Shown: one piece after another, positions 15,200 through 28,574 of the stretch
Layout: each line of letters opens with the position of its first letter
Position numbering within the stretch: position 1 is the first letter of the stretch
From: the human T2T-CHM13v2.0 reference genome, Homo sapiens
DNA: 64,000 nucleotides
Assembly: GCF_009914755.1 (NCBI RefSeq)
Contig: NC_060928.1
Strand: one strand, 5' to 3'
Notes under the pieces: model-generated
Database searches by the model: none
What the model was told of the DNA's origin: nothing
What the model saw: only the letters and a program-made list of their open reading frames with translations
Position numbers and translations under genes: made by a program

Positions 15200-15432
15200 A
15201 AGCTTAGGGTTAAAGACAAGCACTGGAGTCAGTTGTCTTGGTTGGTGACCTTACCTTATAACTTGTTAGCTGATTGACTCATTTTTTGATTCTTCAGATT
15301 CTCCATCTATAAAATGATGATAATAACAGTCCCTATTTCATCATAATGAAATCATAATGATTACATGCAATACTACCTGCAATTACCTCAGGAAATGGCA
15401 CTTAGAAAATCCTCAAGAAATGTTAGTCATTG
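15200..15432 (+). mobile_element. MIR
   Basis: CTGGAGTCAG...TTCTCCATCTATAAAATGATGATAATAACAGTCCCTATTTCAT core. Confidence 0.75.
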
Positions 15433-16474
15433 TTCTTATCTGCCCCCTGACAATATTTGTATCAGCAATCTCTGCTACAGTGGACTTTGCTAAAAGAAAG
15501 ACATTATCTAGCACACAGTTAATACTAAAAAAAAAATTACTCTTATTAGTGTCTGGCTTCTAAAAGGATTTGTTGACTTGCAAATCCTGCTAAAGTTTAC
15601 TTTGTTTAGATAACTAGGTACAATTAGGAACAAGTGGTTCTCTAGCTGTGCCTAGAGAACTAGTTACAATTTTTAAGCTGTCTGGAATCTTAAATCCTAA
15701 AGTCTCTCAGATTGTTTTTTTTTTCATTCTCCTTTTTTTTTCCCATAGCAACTAAATCAATTCCAAGAATCACAAAGAGAAAAAAGAATGACAAACCGAG
15801 GGTTGTAATCCTAGAAAATTTATAAAGTAACATAACAGCATACAGCATACATATTCTACGTTGCACTTATCATAACCCTAAAGAGTTCATATTTGTAACT
15901 AAAATTAGCAGGAATTTATACTGTCCTTCAGGAGTAAAGGCAGCTGTGAGCTCCAAATTCTTCCTTCTCTTTTCAAAACTCCTCTATAACCCGTCACACC
16001 GTCAGAGAATAAACTCACTTAGCAAAACCCCAAAGAAGTGCCTGCCTAACCACTTGCGAATTAGATACCTGCTGGGGTAAGCAAGACAGTACCCATGCAA
16101 GAATGAAGAGGAGAGGGGAGAAGGCTGGGATATGCTCTGATAAAATGCACAATTCGAGGAAATAGTCTAACTGCACACTCAGCTCCTGTTGTCTAGGGAA
16201 GACAAAGAAATATGTAAAATTCAAGCTGACATACTATGAACAGTTTCATAATGAAGCTATATCACTTATTAGAAAATTATGCAGATGAACCCTGTATTAT
16301 GGCAGAGGGAGCCGCAGAATAGCCAAGAAGCTGGCTCCACATGGAGACAGACCTCATGGTCACGAAAGCAGTGAACCTTGTCTCCTGACCCAGAACTTGC
16401 CATTCTGCCAACTGCTGTTCATAAAATTGAAATAATAAGGAAGAACCACTAAAAATCATTAATTTTGCAAAACT

Positions 16475-16590
16475 AGTGGTATTAGAAAAGGTATGAGCTT
16501 TGGAGTCTAAGACATGTGATTTGAATTATGTTTCTTCCAGTTCTAGCTAGGTAATCTTGGGTAGAATACATTATATCTGAACCTCAGTTA
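16475..16590 (+). mobile_element. MIR fragment
   Basis: GAGCTTTGGAGTCTAAGAC...GATTTGAAT...CTAGCTAGGTAATCTTGGG...TCTGAACCTCAGTT. Confidence 0.7.
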
Positions 16591-17009
16591 TAGCTGGAAA
16601 ACAAGATTATGAATACCTTCCTCTTGGGGTTGAGATAAAGATTGAATTTAAAAAACTCCCCTTCCCAAAGTAAAACACGTTCAGTCTTTGTCCTCCCCTG
16701 CACAAATGAACTCATTGTCTCAGGAGTACAGCCAGGTAGACAGTCACATCCTTCTGTGGAAGTGATACAGACATCCTCACTGCATGTGAAATGGAAGAAA
16801 TATTCTTGTATATTGTTTAACTGAAGGATGAAATTAAAGTTAGAAATGCAGACTAGGTAGCCCTTATCCCGCCGTTTATATGCATCCTTCCTGTCTACAG
16901 AACACAACTCAGGGAGCAAATAGGAGAACTACAATGGAGTGATAAGAAAAAATTGTCATTCTTGCATCTGTTATTTAGCCATATCTCCAGCTCACCCATT
17001 TTATTATAG

Positions 17010-17230
17010 TTAATAACGATGGTAATCATTCACTGAGATAAAGTACTAAGTACTTTATACATGGAATCTCACTGAATTCTCATAGTTGCTTTTGGAGATG
17101 AGTTCTTTCTTTATCTCCTTTTTGCAAATGAGAAAACAGAGCCTCAGAGAGGTTTAGAAACTTGTTTAAGATCATACAGTAGCTACTGAAGTTGAAGTCA
17201 TGATTTGAATGCTTGTCTGATTCTACATTC
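17010..17230 (-). mobile_element. MIR
   Basis: TTTTGCAAATGAGAAAACAGAGCCTCAGAGAGGTTTAG..ACTTG...GATTTGAA. Confidence 0.8.
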
Positions 17231-18294
17231 TCTCTTCTTGTCCTTGTGTTTCCATCCCTCTGGCCTTTGACTGCCACAGCCCTGTGGCTCTCCTTCATTG
17301 AACTACCTAGTTAGGTATACCTCTCAAGATCTAGCTGTGATCCCTTCTCTTGGACATCACTTCAGGCTTGTTTCTGGCTCCAAATCTCTATGAATATAGA
17401 TAAGAGATACACTCAAAACCTTTACCTAGCCTCACAGGGGTTTATCCTTGTAGCATAGACATATCTTCATGACAAAGTGAACCAGGAGTGTTTGAAGGCC
17501 TGCTTTGTAACCAACTGCATCAACATTAGGGAAATCACCAGGTGCTTTCATCATTTTCTTCTGTAAAATAAAAATTTATAATGTGCTTACAAACTACATA
17601 GCTCTTTGGGAAGTAGGCAAATTGAATTTTTCAAATTCTCAGTGGCAAGCTGGGCAGTAAAACATAATTACTGATTTTTAATATGTACTTTGTGGCCCTT
17701 GTAATTCAAAGATGATGATTTTGACTATCATCACTATCAGTGTGAAACAACAGGAGCTCAAAGAGAATCCAAAGCTTGATATCATTCCTGCCCTCATTTT
17801 AGTGTTGAAATAAAAGTTCTTAAGGATTTGAAGAACATACTTAGGAGTTCTCTCCATAGCATTTTCATAGCACTCAAGGAAGTATAAGGATTAGCTACAG
17901 TGATCCCAAATGCTAATAACATGAATTTTCCAAATCAGAAAGTAAATACTCAGGGCATAGAAAGAGCTCTCGAGTACCACTGTGAGCCCCAAGATATCTG
18001 ATAAAGCATGAGTGTTTGGGTTTTGGTGGCTGGAAGGATGGAATGGAGCTAAGCTTATAGGTTAAAAGTTACTTATCTTTATTCTAAGAAAATGTGAGCC
18101 TCATAAGTTATCTCTGCCTTGATGATCCCTCTTTTACAATTCTCATTGTTAACACTTAATTTCTGTAACATTAGCTTACAAGGATTGTTTCTCAAGTGGA
18201 ATTTCTGCCTCCAAACATAATAGGCTTACAACAACCATATTATTTTCTTTTTTGAAAATTCCTAAATTCATTTACGCATTTGCTCTTACACCTA

Positions 18295-19180
18295 TCAATG
18301 CATCCAAACCATATATTTATTGAGCAGATATTTATTGAAAGCCTGTTCAGTGCTAGGTACAGGGAGTTTAAAACTGAATGGCATGGTTTCTGCCAAGAGG
18401 AATATATTAGAAATTTATAGAAGGCAGAATACTATTATATAACATCATCAGAGCTATAACAGTAGTGCAGATAAATTGTTTTGAGAAAACAAATTTGGGC
18501 AGAAGAAATTGTTTCCCATGCATAGGAAACAATAAACATGTGTTGGATGAAAAAAAGAACATGTAATCCACCGGTTAAAGATGGAAGGACCTCAGTTAGG
18601 ATAGTATCTCATGATAATTTTTTTTTCTTTTTACAATATAGCACTTATTTTAATGATACGAATTGATGAATGAATAAATAAATGACAAGTCAATGCACCT
18701 ATATTATGGAACAGTAGATATCAGAAAAAGCTAAAGGAAATTTCAAGAGCCATATAATCAAATAGATTATAAGGACACACAAACCAAATTAACTGTAGTG
18801 AAAGATAACATGAGACAAGAACAATGAGAAATAAATAACAAATATGGGTGATTTCATAGTATGAAGAGTACTATTTGTTAGAGGCAACTATCTTAGAAGA
18901 AAAAGTACATGAGTTGGACTTCGATGGGTGGGGTCCTTTGCATAAAGTCAGAAAAGGACATTGCAAGTGAATATAAAGATAGGAAAGCAAGGGAAAGAAG
19001 ATGAGGAATTATGGTATTCGTTCAATCTTGCAGAAATGCAGGATGGAATGGAAAACTGGAAAAGCCAAGTTTATATCAAAGGAGAAAGGAGTTTTCTCCT
19101 AAGGGTTTGAAATCTATGGTGGGTAAAAGGGAGATATTAAAGTATTTGGGGATAAAGACTAACATGATTATCTCTAAAAT
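18295..19180 (-). mobile_element. L2 fragments
   Basis: ATATTTATTGAG...GTGCTAGGTACAGGGA (L2 3' end, reverse) and purine-rich L2 body. Confidence 0.5.
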
Positions 19181-19243
19181 CCAAATATGCAATTATGTGT
19201 TAAATACTAACTTCATTTTCCAGATTATATTGAAATCATCAAA

Positions 19244-19521
19244 GGCCAGTGCGGTGGTTCATGCCTGTAATCCCAGCACTTTGGGAGGCCGAGGTGGGCG
19301 GATCACTTGAGGTCAAGAGTTCAAGACCAGCCTGGTCAATATGATGGAACCCCATCTTTACTAAAAATACAAAGATTAGCTGGGCATGGTGGTGTGCACC
19401 TGTAATCCCAGCTACTCTGGAGGCTGAGACATGAGAATCCCTTGAACCTGAAGGGTGCAGTGAGCCAAGATCACACCACTGCACTCCAGCCTGGATAACA
19501 GAGTGAGACTGTCTCAAAAAA

Positions 19522-19572
<51 letters not shown>

Positions 19573-19605
19573 AAAATAAAGAAAGAAAAGAAAAAGAAAA
19601 AAAAA
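19244..19605 (+). mobile_element. AluS (Sz/Sx-like) with (AAAT)n tail
   Basis: Dimeric Alu, small right-arm deletion, (AAAT)n at ~19518-19572. Confidence 0.95.
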
Positions 19606-20804
19606 TACTTCAAATCTTTCCTGTACCTAAAACAGTTGTATTTTTCCATCATATTTACATGTGATTTATTTGAAGCCATCTGCAGTTTGTTTCTTATTCT
19701 ATTTTGTTTTCTCACCCAATAGCTATTTATTCTGTTCCCGTTGTTGTTATTAACCTTGGCAGCAAAAATTTATCTACAACACCTTCAGAATAGAAAATAT
19801 ACAGATTAGCAATAATTTGAAGCCTGAGATCAGGATGATATGTTTTTGTCCATTAAGGAAATGTTCATATTCCAGTTTTAAGCAGCTCATATCTGTCTAC
19901 CAAACTCAAGAATACTTACATTCTGAAATATCTGAAATTACAAGTGTTAATTTTTTATGCAGATTGTTCTGCTATTCTGTTTTCTCATGCTTACCACTCA
20001 GGCTGAGCTCAAACTATGAATAAGTGATTAACTGGTGTGAACTATGTGGCCATGGTGATGTTCAGAATGGTATGCTTGATGATCCTATCATAGATAGTGT
20101 TTTGATATAAGCATTAGATTTAAGGCTTAGGAATTGCACTTTTCACACATATGTTTAAACGTAGTGACAATTTCTCCTAATGTTAAAATGCATTCTCTGA
20201 TAAATAAGGCTTGAACGCTACCGGTGAATATGTGGAGCTCAGTCAGCTATCTCAGCTGCTGCAAAGATATAGCTATTACATGGTTGGTTTGACAGACAAG
20301 GAGCTATCCTCTTTAAAAAAATAAAATAAACATACTCCAGCCTACAACCCGCAGAGGATGCTGCATGCAACGCAGTGATTATGAATCCTACCAAATTTTC
20401 AGCCATGCCAGCAATTGCCTCTTCCTCATATGGAAATCTTTGCAGCCCTGTCTTCAGAAGAAAAACAAAGGCAGAGGAAAAACAAAAAGGAAATTCCTGT
20501 GGTAAGAGAGCTCAAGATTCTTGCTCTGGCACTTAAAAGAACAAAGCCAGTAATTGCCAGAGTAGAACAGACAGAGCACTAACGATGGGACTGCAAAAAG
20601 TACTTGGGCTAGCTAGCTCAAGAAGGTGAAAGACAGGTTACACATGCTAGCCCTTGAGCTAGGAGAAACAGCTATTATCCTAAAGCTGAGGAGAACCCAA
20701 TTTAGCTGTAAGACTAGGGATGAGGGAAAAAAACACAACAACAATAAATCCTATCTCTATAGTCCCTGGTCTTTACCCAGTTAGAAAGCAGTAGAATGAG
20801 GAAC

Positions 20805-20873
20805 AGAGAGAAATAGAGAAACAGAGACAGGGAGAGAGAAACAAAGAGAGAGAGAGGGGAGGGAGGGAGAGAG
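20805..20873. repeat. GA-rich low-complexity tract
   Basis: AGAGAGAGAGAGAGGGGAGGGAGGGAGAGAG. Confidence 0.85.
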
Positions 20874-20916
20874 GTAGTTCCAGTTTATTATGTCAATTAT
20901 GCACTAAAAATGGGGT

Positions 20917-21299
20917 TGTCATGGTCTAAATGTATTTCCTAAAACTTATATGTTGAAGTTTAATCACCAATGTGTTAGTATTAAGAGCTGAGGCATTTAG
21001 GAGGTGATTAACTCATGAGGACAGAGCCTCATGAGATCAGGGTCTTTAAAAAGGCTTGAGGGAGTGATTGGCTCTCTTCTGCCCTCCTGCCATGTGAGGA
21101 CACAGCGTTTCCCTTCTGATGCAGCACTCAAGGTGCCATTTTAAAAGTGGAGAGAACAGCCCTTATCAGACACTGAATCTGCTGGCATCTTATTCTTGGA
21201 CTCCCAGCATCTAGAACTGTGAGAACATAGCTTCCTATTGTTTACAAATTACCCAGTCTCAGGTTTTTTTTGTTGTAGCAGCATGAATAGACTAAGACA
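20917..21299 (+). mobile_element. MSTD-like MaLR solo LTR
   Basis: TGTCATGGTCTAAATGT...GCCATGTGAGGACACAGC...AATTACCCAGTCTCAGG...GACTAAGACA. Confidence 0.85.
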
Positions 21300-22099
21300 A
21301 AATCTTACTTTACCTTTTGACCAAATTAACATGCATGGACTGGGAAAGTAGATACATAACCTGTTTTCTTGTATCTGATTTGTCTTACTTCTACCTTTTT
21401 GCACCCACTTGATTCTTTTCTATCTTGTTGTATGCTGCTTCCTTTATTTGCCTATCTTAGTGTTATTTTCTTCATTAGGGTCTGAGCCAAGCACTGTCCT
21501 GTATGCTGGAGACTCTACCTAACTGGACATACTTATTGCCTTTCAAGAGCTTGAAAGGAAGATCAAAACCAAGGCTGGGTCAGGATATTTATTCTTAGCA
21601 AGTCATACATTTTATATTGAGAAGAATTTTATAATTTGAAGTATGTTCATCATTCCAGTGGAATTTTGATAAGAATTTCACCCAACCCATGCAACTGTGT
21701 CAAACAGAAAAATCCTGATGGAAAATCATGGCTCCATGGGGGAGTTTGCTCTGGTGGAAATACATCTGTGTAGGAGTTCCTGTTAAAAGAAGACACATCA
21801 CTACATTTTACCTGTCAGGGATTTTTTTTAAGTCTACATATGCAAAGGCAAAGTTGTCACTAGCGTGTAAACACAGAATCTCTGGGAAGGATTTGCAATA
21901 TGACATCTTTCCATGTCTGCTGTATTTGATTCGAGATAGCAAAAATGCAAGTGGTTCCCCAGAGACTACCTATACAGGCAGGTTTGGAGCTAGTGTTTGT
22001 ATCTTGCAGGGATTGTGAAATAAAGCGTACCCATGTTTAACTCTCAACACCTCTTGCCAGGCTGAGACAAAATGGTGAAACAAGGTGGTCAGCCTGGAG

Positions 22100-22720
22100 T
22101 TGTGAAAAGAGGGTGGGATTTGGATTCAGCAAGATGTGAGTTTGAATTCCAGCTCTATCACTTTTAGTTGGGGAGTCTCTACAATACACTTTGATTAGGG
22201 TAGTGATACCTACTGAGTTGCAGTGATTAATGGAAACACTGCATAAAATAATCTTATTAGAATGACTAGAATTTAAGAAGCTGTTACACACACACACACA
22301 CACACACAATAAATATGACGTTAGTTTGACAATACTGACTACACTACACATAAAAATAAAGTTCAAATCTGTGGTTTAAGGTTATTCTTATGACATTAAG
22401 ACCATTTGTGATTTAGAAAATCGTATCTAATACACGTGCTTATGTAAGGGAGACATACACTCCCCCCAAAATAGCTAAAATGTATGGAACACATAATATG
22501 TGCCAGGTCCTGTTCAAAAAAATTTACATGCATGATTCTCAACCATTTATACTAAATCCAATTATTAGTCCAATATTATCTTCACTCTGCAGCTTTGGTA
22601 ACTAAGGCCCAGTAAGGTTGGGTAATTTGCCCAAGGTTACACAAATACTAAGTGATGTAGCCAAATAGATGTAGGCAGTCTGGTTCTAGAGCCTGTGAAG
22701 TTACTTATCGTACCATACTA
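22100..22720. mobile_element. Two MIR copies (+ at ~22100-22280; - at ~22470-22720) flanking a (CA)n
   Basis: GAGTTTGAATTCCAGCTCT (+); AACTAAGGCCCAG..GGTT..GTAATTTGCCCAAGGTTACACA (-). Confidence 0.7.
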
Positions 22721-22962
22721 CCTAGATTTTCCCTAAAAAGTCAACAATTATTCTTAGAGCAGAGGGGAGCCTCATATAGTATCAATTTAATTAAGAAATA
22801 TCACCCTTTCCTTGAGGAGTTTTAAGTTGAATAAAAAATAATGGATATAATTCTAGTTACTGTGTGGTTAATTGCTAACACATTGCAGCACAACCTATGT
22901 ATGTTCTGGATTATACAGGTGAAAGAATAACAGGGCAAAATTTGGAATGGCCAAGAACAGTC

Positions 22963-23060
22963 TTCATTCATCTGTCCTTCTATCCATCCATAAATCCATT
23001 CATCCACTAATCCATCCATCCATTCATTTGTCAATCCATCCATCCATCCATCTACCTATC
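22963..23060. repeat. Degenerate (CCAT)n microsatellite
   Basis: CCATCCATCCAT runs. Confidence 0.85.
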
Positions 23061-23067
23061 CTTTCTG

Positions 23068-23305
23068 ATTGCAGTAAAGGGATGCAGAGCAAAATCTTAC
23101 AGTTAGGTAGACCTAAATTCTAGCTCCTGTTTTATCACTTACTAGCTGAATGGTCTTGAGAAATTAAGGTAACCTGATTGAGTCTCCTAAAATGGAAAAA
23201 TAATTAAAATATACTTAATGGTAGTGTTATGAGAATTACGTTTATAGACTTCTAGGCACAGTATCTGGTACAAAATTAACACTAAATAAATGATGGTTAT
23301 CAATA
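23068..23305 (+). mobile_element. MIR
   Basis: AGACCTAAATTCTAG...CACTTACTAGCTG...GTTATGAGAATTA...GGCACAGTATCTGGTACA. Confidence 0.7.
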
Positions 23306-23499
23306 TTAACATTAAAGCTTTTATGTCAGGTACCAAATTACAGTTATGTTCTGAAGATATAAAGATTAATAAGATATATTTCTTGCCCTCTAAAAGATTC
23401 CAGAAGTTTAGTAGGGACTTTACACAAGTGTGATAAATGTGGAATGGTTAGTTCTACCATCGTTTAGGGATAAGGGAATCAAGAATACTAATAGTAGTT

Positions 23500-23667
23500 G
23501 GCTGGGCATGGTGGCTCACTCCTGTAATCCCAGCATTCTGGGGGGCCAAAGTGGGAGGGTCTCAGGAACCCAGGAGGTTGAGACTGCAGTGAGCCATGAT
23601 TGTACCTTTACACTCCAGCCTGGGTGCCAGAGTGAGACCCTGTCTCTAAAAATTTTTTTAAAAGAAG
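23500..23667 (+). mobile_element. Alu monomer (FRAM-like)
   Basis: A single ~150-bp arm containing GCAGTGAGCCATGATT...CACTCCAGCCTGGG...GAGACCCTGTCTC. Confidence 0.8.
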
Positions 23668-23792
23668 AATGTAATTTGTTGAGATTTTCTGATGTTCAGA
23701 TGCTGAGCTAAGTAGTTGTAGCACTTACTTACTATCTCATTTAATTCCAATGAGAACTATTATTACCTCTATTTTACAAAAGAGGAAAGTGA

Positions 23793-24171
<379 letters not shown>

Positions 24172-24351
24172 AACCCAAGTTATTCTTAATGTGGAAAAAC
24201 TAAGAAGACTGCCTCTAAGCTACATTTTAAAAGATTACCACCCATTTTTAAGTAGATAGATATTGAGGTGTATTAAAGACACAGGAAGCAGTAAGGAAAG
24301 TGACAAAAATAAATCAAACTATGTGACCCAGTTAGAAAATATGAGGTGATT

Positions 24352-24843
24352 CAGTGTTCATTCAAAAATTGTTTATTGAGGGTCCATTACATGTCAGGGA
24401 TCTTTCCTAGGTACTGAAGGTGCATGGCTGTAAAACATAGACTAAAATTCCTGCCAACGTGGACCTTATTATCCATTCTCTGGGAGGGAGACACCCAAAG
24501 TAAAATTAAAAACACATGATTAAGAAGTTCATTATAAAGTAATATATACAACATATAATAAAGTATAAAAACCTATGTTCTAAGTGCTATTGAGAAAAAA
24601 AAAGAAGCAGAGAAGACATCAAAGTAGGTTGAAAGTAGGGAGATTTTCTGGTTTTAAATGGATAGTCAGGGAAGGCTTAGCCAAGAAGATGATATGCGGA
24701 CATATAAGCTCTGAAGCGCTGAGAGTGAGCCATTTGGGATATCTAGCAGAAAAGCTTGCCAGGTACAGGAGGTAGCATTTGCAAAGACCCAGGAAGGAAA
24801 AATGACTGGCATGTTGGAGGAACAGACAGGAGGTCATGGAATG

Positions 24844-24905
<62 letters not shown>

Positions 24906-25495
24906 GTGTGTGTGTGTGTGTGTGTGTATTAGCAGAACATAGAAAAAGAAACTAGCAATGCAAGAGAGGAAAAGGAGAATTCTAGAGCCAAATCTTTGAG
25001 CAGTGGAAGGGGTAGGGATCTAGCTCACAAATATGGTTGATGTATGAAACTTGTGCATGTCTGGTGGGGGTAGGGGTGAAGGTGGGAGTGTTTGAGGTCA
25101 AATAGGGCAATTCAGCCAGAGATTAAATTAGAGGTGTATAGGAACCAAATCTTGAAGGCTCTTCCATTACAGGCATAGATGTTTGGACTTTGTGCTAGTA
25201 AAAATGAGGATCTTTAAGGGTTTTAGGTACAGGAATGAAATATTCCAATAAGTTTCACCAGGAAAGTGAAACTTCTGCTGAGCTTTGAGGCATTTATGGG
25301 ATTTGAATACATGAGAGGTAAAAGAAAGAACAATGTAGGCAAGAAGGTCAACAGTAATAATGACCCAGAATTGGAATAGTTTTGGCAGATGGGGAACCAG
25401 TTGAAGATGTGTGCTGGCAGACACCTCTGGGGGAAAGAAAGGAAAATGTGAGTTATATCTAAAAGGCTCTGGAATCAATCTGCTTACCAGGTGCA
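24352..25495 (-). mobile_element. L2 (fragmented, contains the TA/CA/TG microsatellite)
   Basis: TTCATTCAAAAATTGTTTATTGAG (reverse 3' end); GGATAGTCAGGGAAGGC and GTTTGGACTTT body motifs. Confidence 0.7.
24846..24929. repeat. Compound (TA)17(CA)12CG(TG)10 microsatellite
   Basis: Read directly from the sequence. Confidence 0.97.
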
Positions 25496-26378
25496 CACTC
25501 TATCACATACTATCTCTGTGAGCTTGAGCATGATCCCTAATTTCTTGCTATCTAATCACTTGATATAATAAAGATAATAATAGTAATTTCCTCATAAAGA
25601 AAATGAAATTAAATCATATGGATAAAATATTACCTGTATGCCTGACACACATTGTTCTCACTAAATGTTAGTTGTTATTCTACATAGCATCTTGGGAACC
25701 TGGAGAGGATGTAAGAGATTGGTTCCAGATGTATGGAATGTACTAGAAAGAAACATGATTGAAAGCACTATGATTTCAGGAGGCTGATTATATTATGTAA
25801 ATCTAAATATTGATCTCTAATATTCAAATTCATCATTTTAAAGGTCAAGGCTTATAACAGAATTCATCTAGACTAACCCTGGAGATAATATAAGAATCAA
25901 AATAGCTCTTAAAGTTCAACAGTTAAGCAGTTGAGCTGTGGAAATAGGATATTTATGAGTAGCTTACACACACACACACACAAACACATATATATTGTAA
26001 ATAAACACAATGGGGATCTCCATACTGCTACCAAATTTTCATATTTTATAAGCCACAATGTGCTAGAAACAAAATTTGGTGCTTCAGAAGAATGTTTGAT
26101 TAATGATCATTTCTTTGTAATTAGTTATTTGAATGGACAGCAACATCAACATATGGAAGAATTCAGAAAAAAAGAACACAGCATCGTACTTCAGGAGTCT
26201 TTACATTTTCTAGAAGGCTAAATTATAAATAGAGTCTTATCTCACCTATCATGAGAGCAGATTGCTACTTATGTATCCATTTATAATTTATCTGAAAATT
26301 CCATTTTTTAAAGTTTCTGTATATTCAATGTATCAAACTGGATAGAGAGTTCTTTTTTCAAGTTTTCCAGTTTGGTGA

Positions 26379-26380
<2 letters not shown>

Positions 26381-26422
<42 letters not shown>

Positions 26423-26444
26423 TTAGATAGACAGACAGACAGAT
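26381..26444. repeat. Tetranucleotide STR (AGAT)10 AGTT AGAT (AGAC)3
   Basis: Read directly from the sequence. Confidence 0.97.
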
Positions 26445-27147
26445 ACAGATATAGATATATATGTGTGTATGTGTGTGTATACAACATATTGCTTTTCCTT
26501 GTTAAATAGCTTGTTAAATTCAGTTCTGTTTCATGCGTTAAAGATTACAGCAGGTAGGTTTCTAAAAAGTCATCATAGATTCTACACTGTTTGGGAATAC
26601 ATAGCTAATATCTGCAACTAAGGTGAACGTGAGAAAAATCACTTATTTGGTTTTGCAACTACAGATCTAACTCTCAAGCATTAAGATATTTCGTCAAATT
26701 GATGTTGAAAGGTATCTAGCAAATTCATGAAATCTCATCCTTTAATCCAAAATTACTACAAGGAATATGAACTAAAAAAGCCAAAAGAGGCTATCACATA
26801 ATAATTAGATACTAGATCAGGCAGTTTTTGTGTTCAGTTCTCAAAATACTGAATATCTCAAAATAGTGAGGAGTGAATACAAGAGTGTTAATCAAGTTCA
26901 CAAGTAAAATTTTATTCCCAATTTGACAGGTAGGTGGGTAAATATGAAACTTAGCTGTGCCTCATATGGTTGTGTTGATAGGATTTAATTTAAGTGACTG
27001 GATGCCTACTAGATTATTGGGCAGAAAATATAATTTAAACATAATTTGGCCATTAATTAGTCTTAATGGATTGGATAAAATGGCTCAGTGAACAGATTAT
27101 ATTAAAAAAAATTTTCTAATGGTAAATAATCCTGTAAGAATATCTTT

Positions 27148-27345
27148 AGCCTGAGCAACACAGCAAGACCTTGTCTCTACAAAAAATGTAAAAAATTATC
27201 TGGCTGTGGTGGTGTGCACTTGTAGTCCTAGCTACTTGGGAGGCTGAGGCAGGAGAATCACTTGAGCCTGGGAGTTGAGGGTTGCAGTGAGTTATCATCA
27301 TGCCACTTCATGCCAGCCTGGGTAATACATAATCTGTCTCAACAA
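27148..27345 (+). mobile_element. 5'-truncated AluJ
   Basis: Starts late in the left arm (AGCCTGAGCAACACAGCAAGACC); TSD AAGAATATCTTT/AAGAATATCCTT. Confidence 0.9.
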
Positions 27346-27689
27346 AAGAATATCCTTAAAATACAAAGATAAAATATAAAAAAAATTTTAGTGAGATTTT
27401 AGAAAGTAGAGAGATAGAGTAGACAATTTAATACAACTTTCAACTAAAAAGGTCTGAGAGACTTACAGAAGTTTGTGTTGTAGAAATCTAGTGTTTGGTT
27501 TTCTCAGCAGATATTTTCTTTTCTTTTGGTAATAGCAGTTGGGGTTTCCTTTGGGAACCGATTCCATTTCATATTGTCATGTTATTTGATATCAATAAGA
27601 AGAGCCAAAAAATTTAAGGCCAAACTACAAAGGTTCATGGCCAGGTTCTGGCCCAGTGTAATGATCAACAAGTCATATAATCTTCATAA

Positions 27690-28042
<353 letters not shown>

Positions 28043-28206
28043 TAGAATAGAAGCAACATTAGCACTATGTTAGTAAAATGCCACCACAAATACTTTGCAG
28101 AATTACTGTAACAATTGCAATAGAGAAAGGATTGCTACATCGATATTAAGAACACCTAGGGGGTGCTTGCTAGTGTAAACCAACATGACTAACCACAATA
28201 GGTGAG

Positions 28207-28574
28207 TGTATTAGTTCATTTTCACCCTGCTGATAAAGACATACCCAAGACTGGCTAATTTACAAGGAAAAAGAGGTGTAAAGGACTCACAGTTCCATGT
28301 GGCTGGGGAGGCCTCACAAACATGGCGGAAGGTGAAAGGCAAAAGGCACAACTTACATGGCAGCAGGCAAGAGAGAGAATGAGAGCCAAGAAAAAGGGGT
28401 TTCCCCTTATAAAACCATCAGATCTAGTGAGACATATTCACTACCATGAGAACAGTATGCGGGAAACCATACCCATGATTCAGTTATCTTCCACCAGGTC
28501 CCTCCCACAATACATGGGAATTATGGGAGCTACAATTCAAGAGATTTGGGTGGGGACATAGCTAAATCATATCA
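28207..28574 (-). mobile_element. THE1 (THE1B/C-like) solo LTR
   Basis: TGTATTAGT...GATTTGGGTGGGGACATAGCTAAATCATATCA; perfect 5-bp TSD GTGAG. Confidence 0.93.

Noticed and set aside
19239-19715. 158-aa ORF and similar ORFs at 23811, 27779, 29472, 50352, 54859, 59832
   Set aside because: Translations of antisense Alus and their tails
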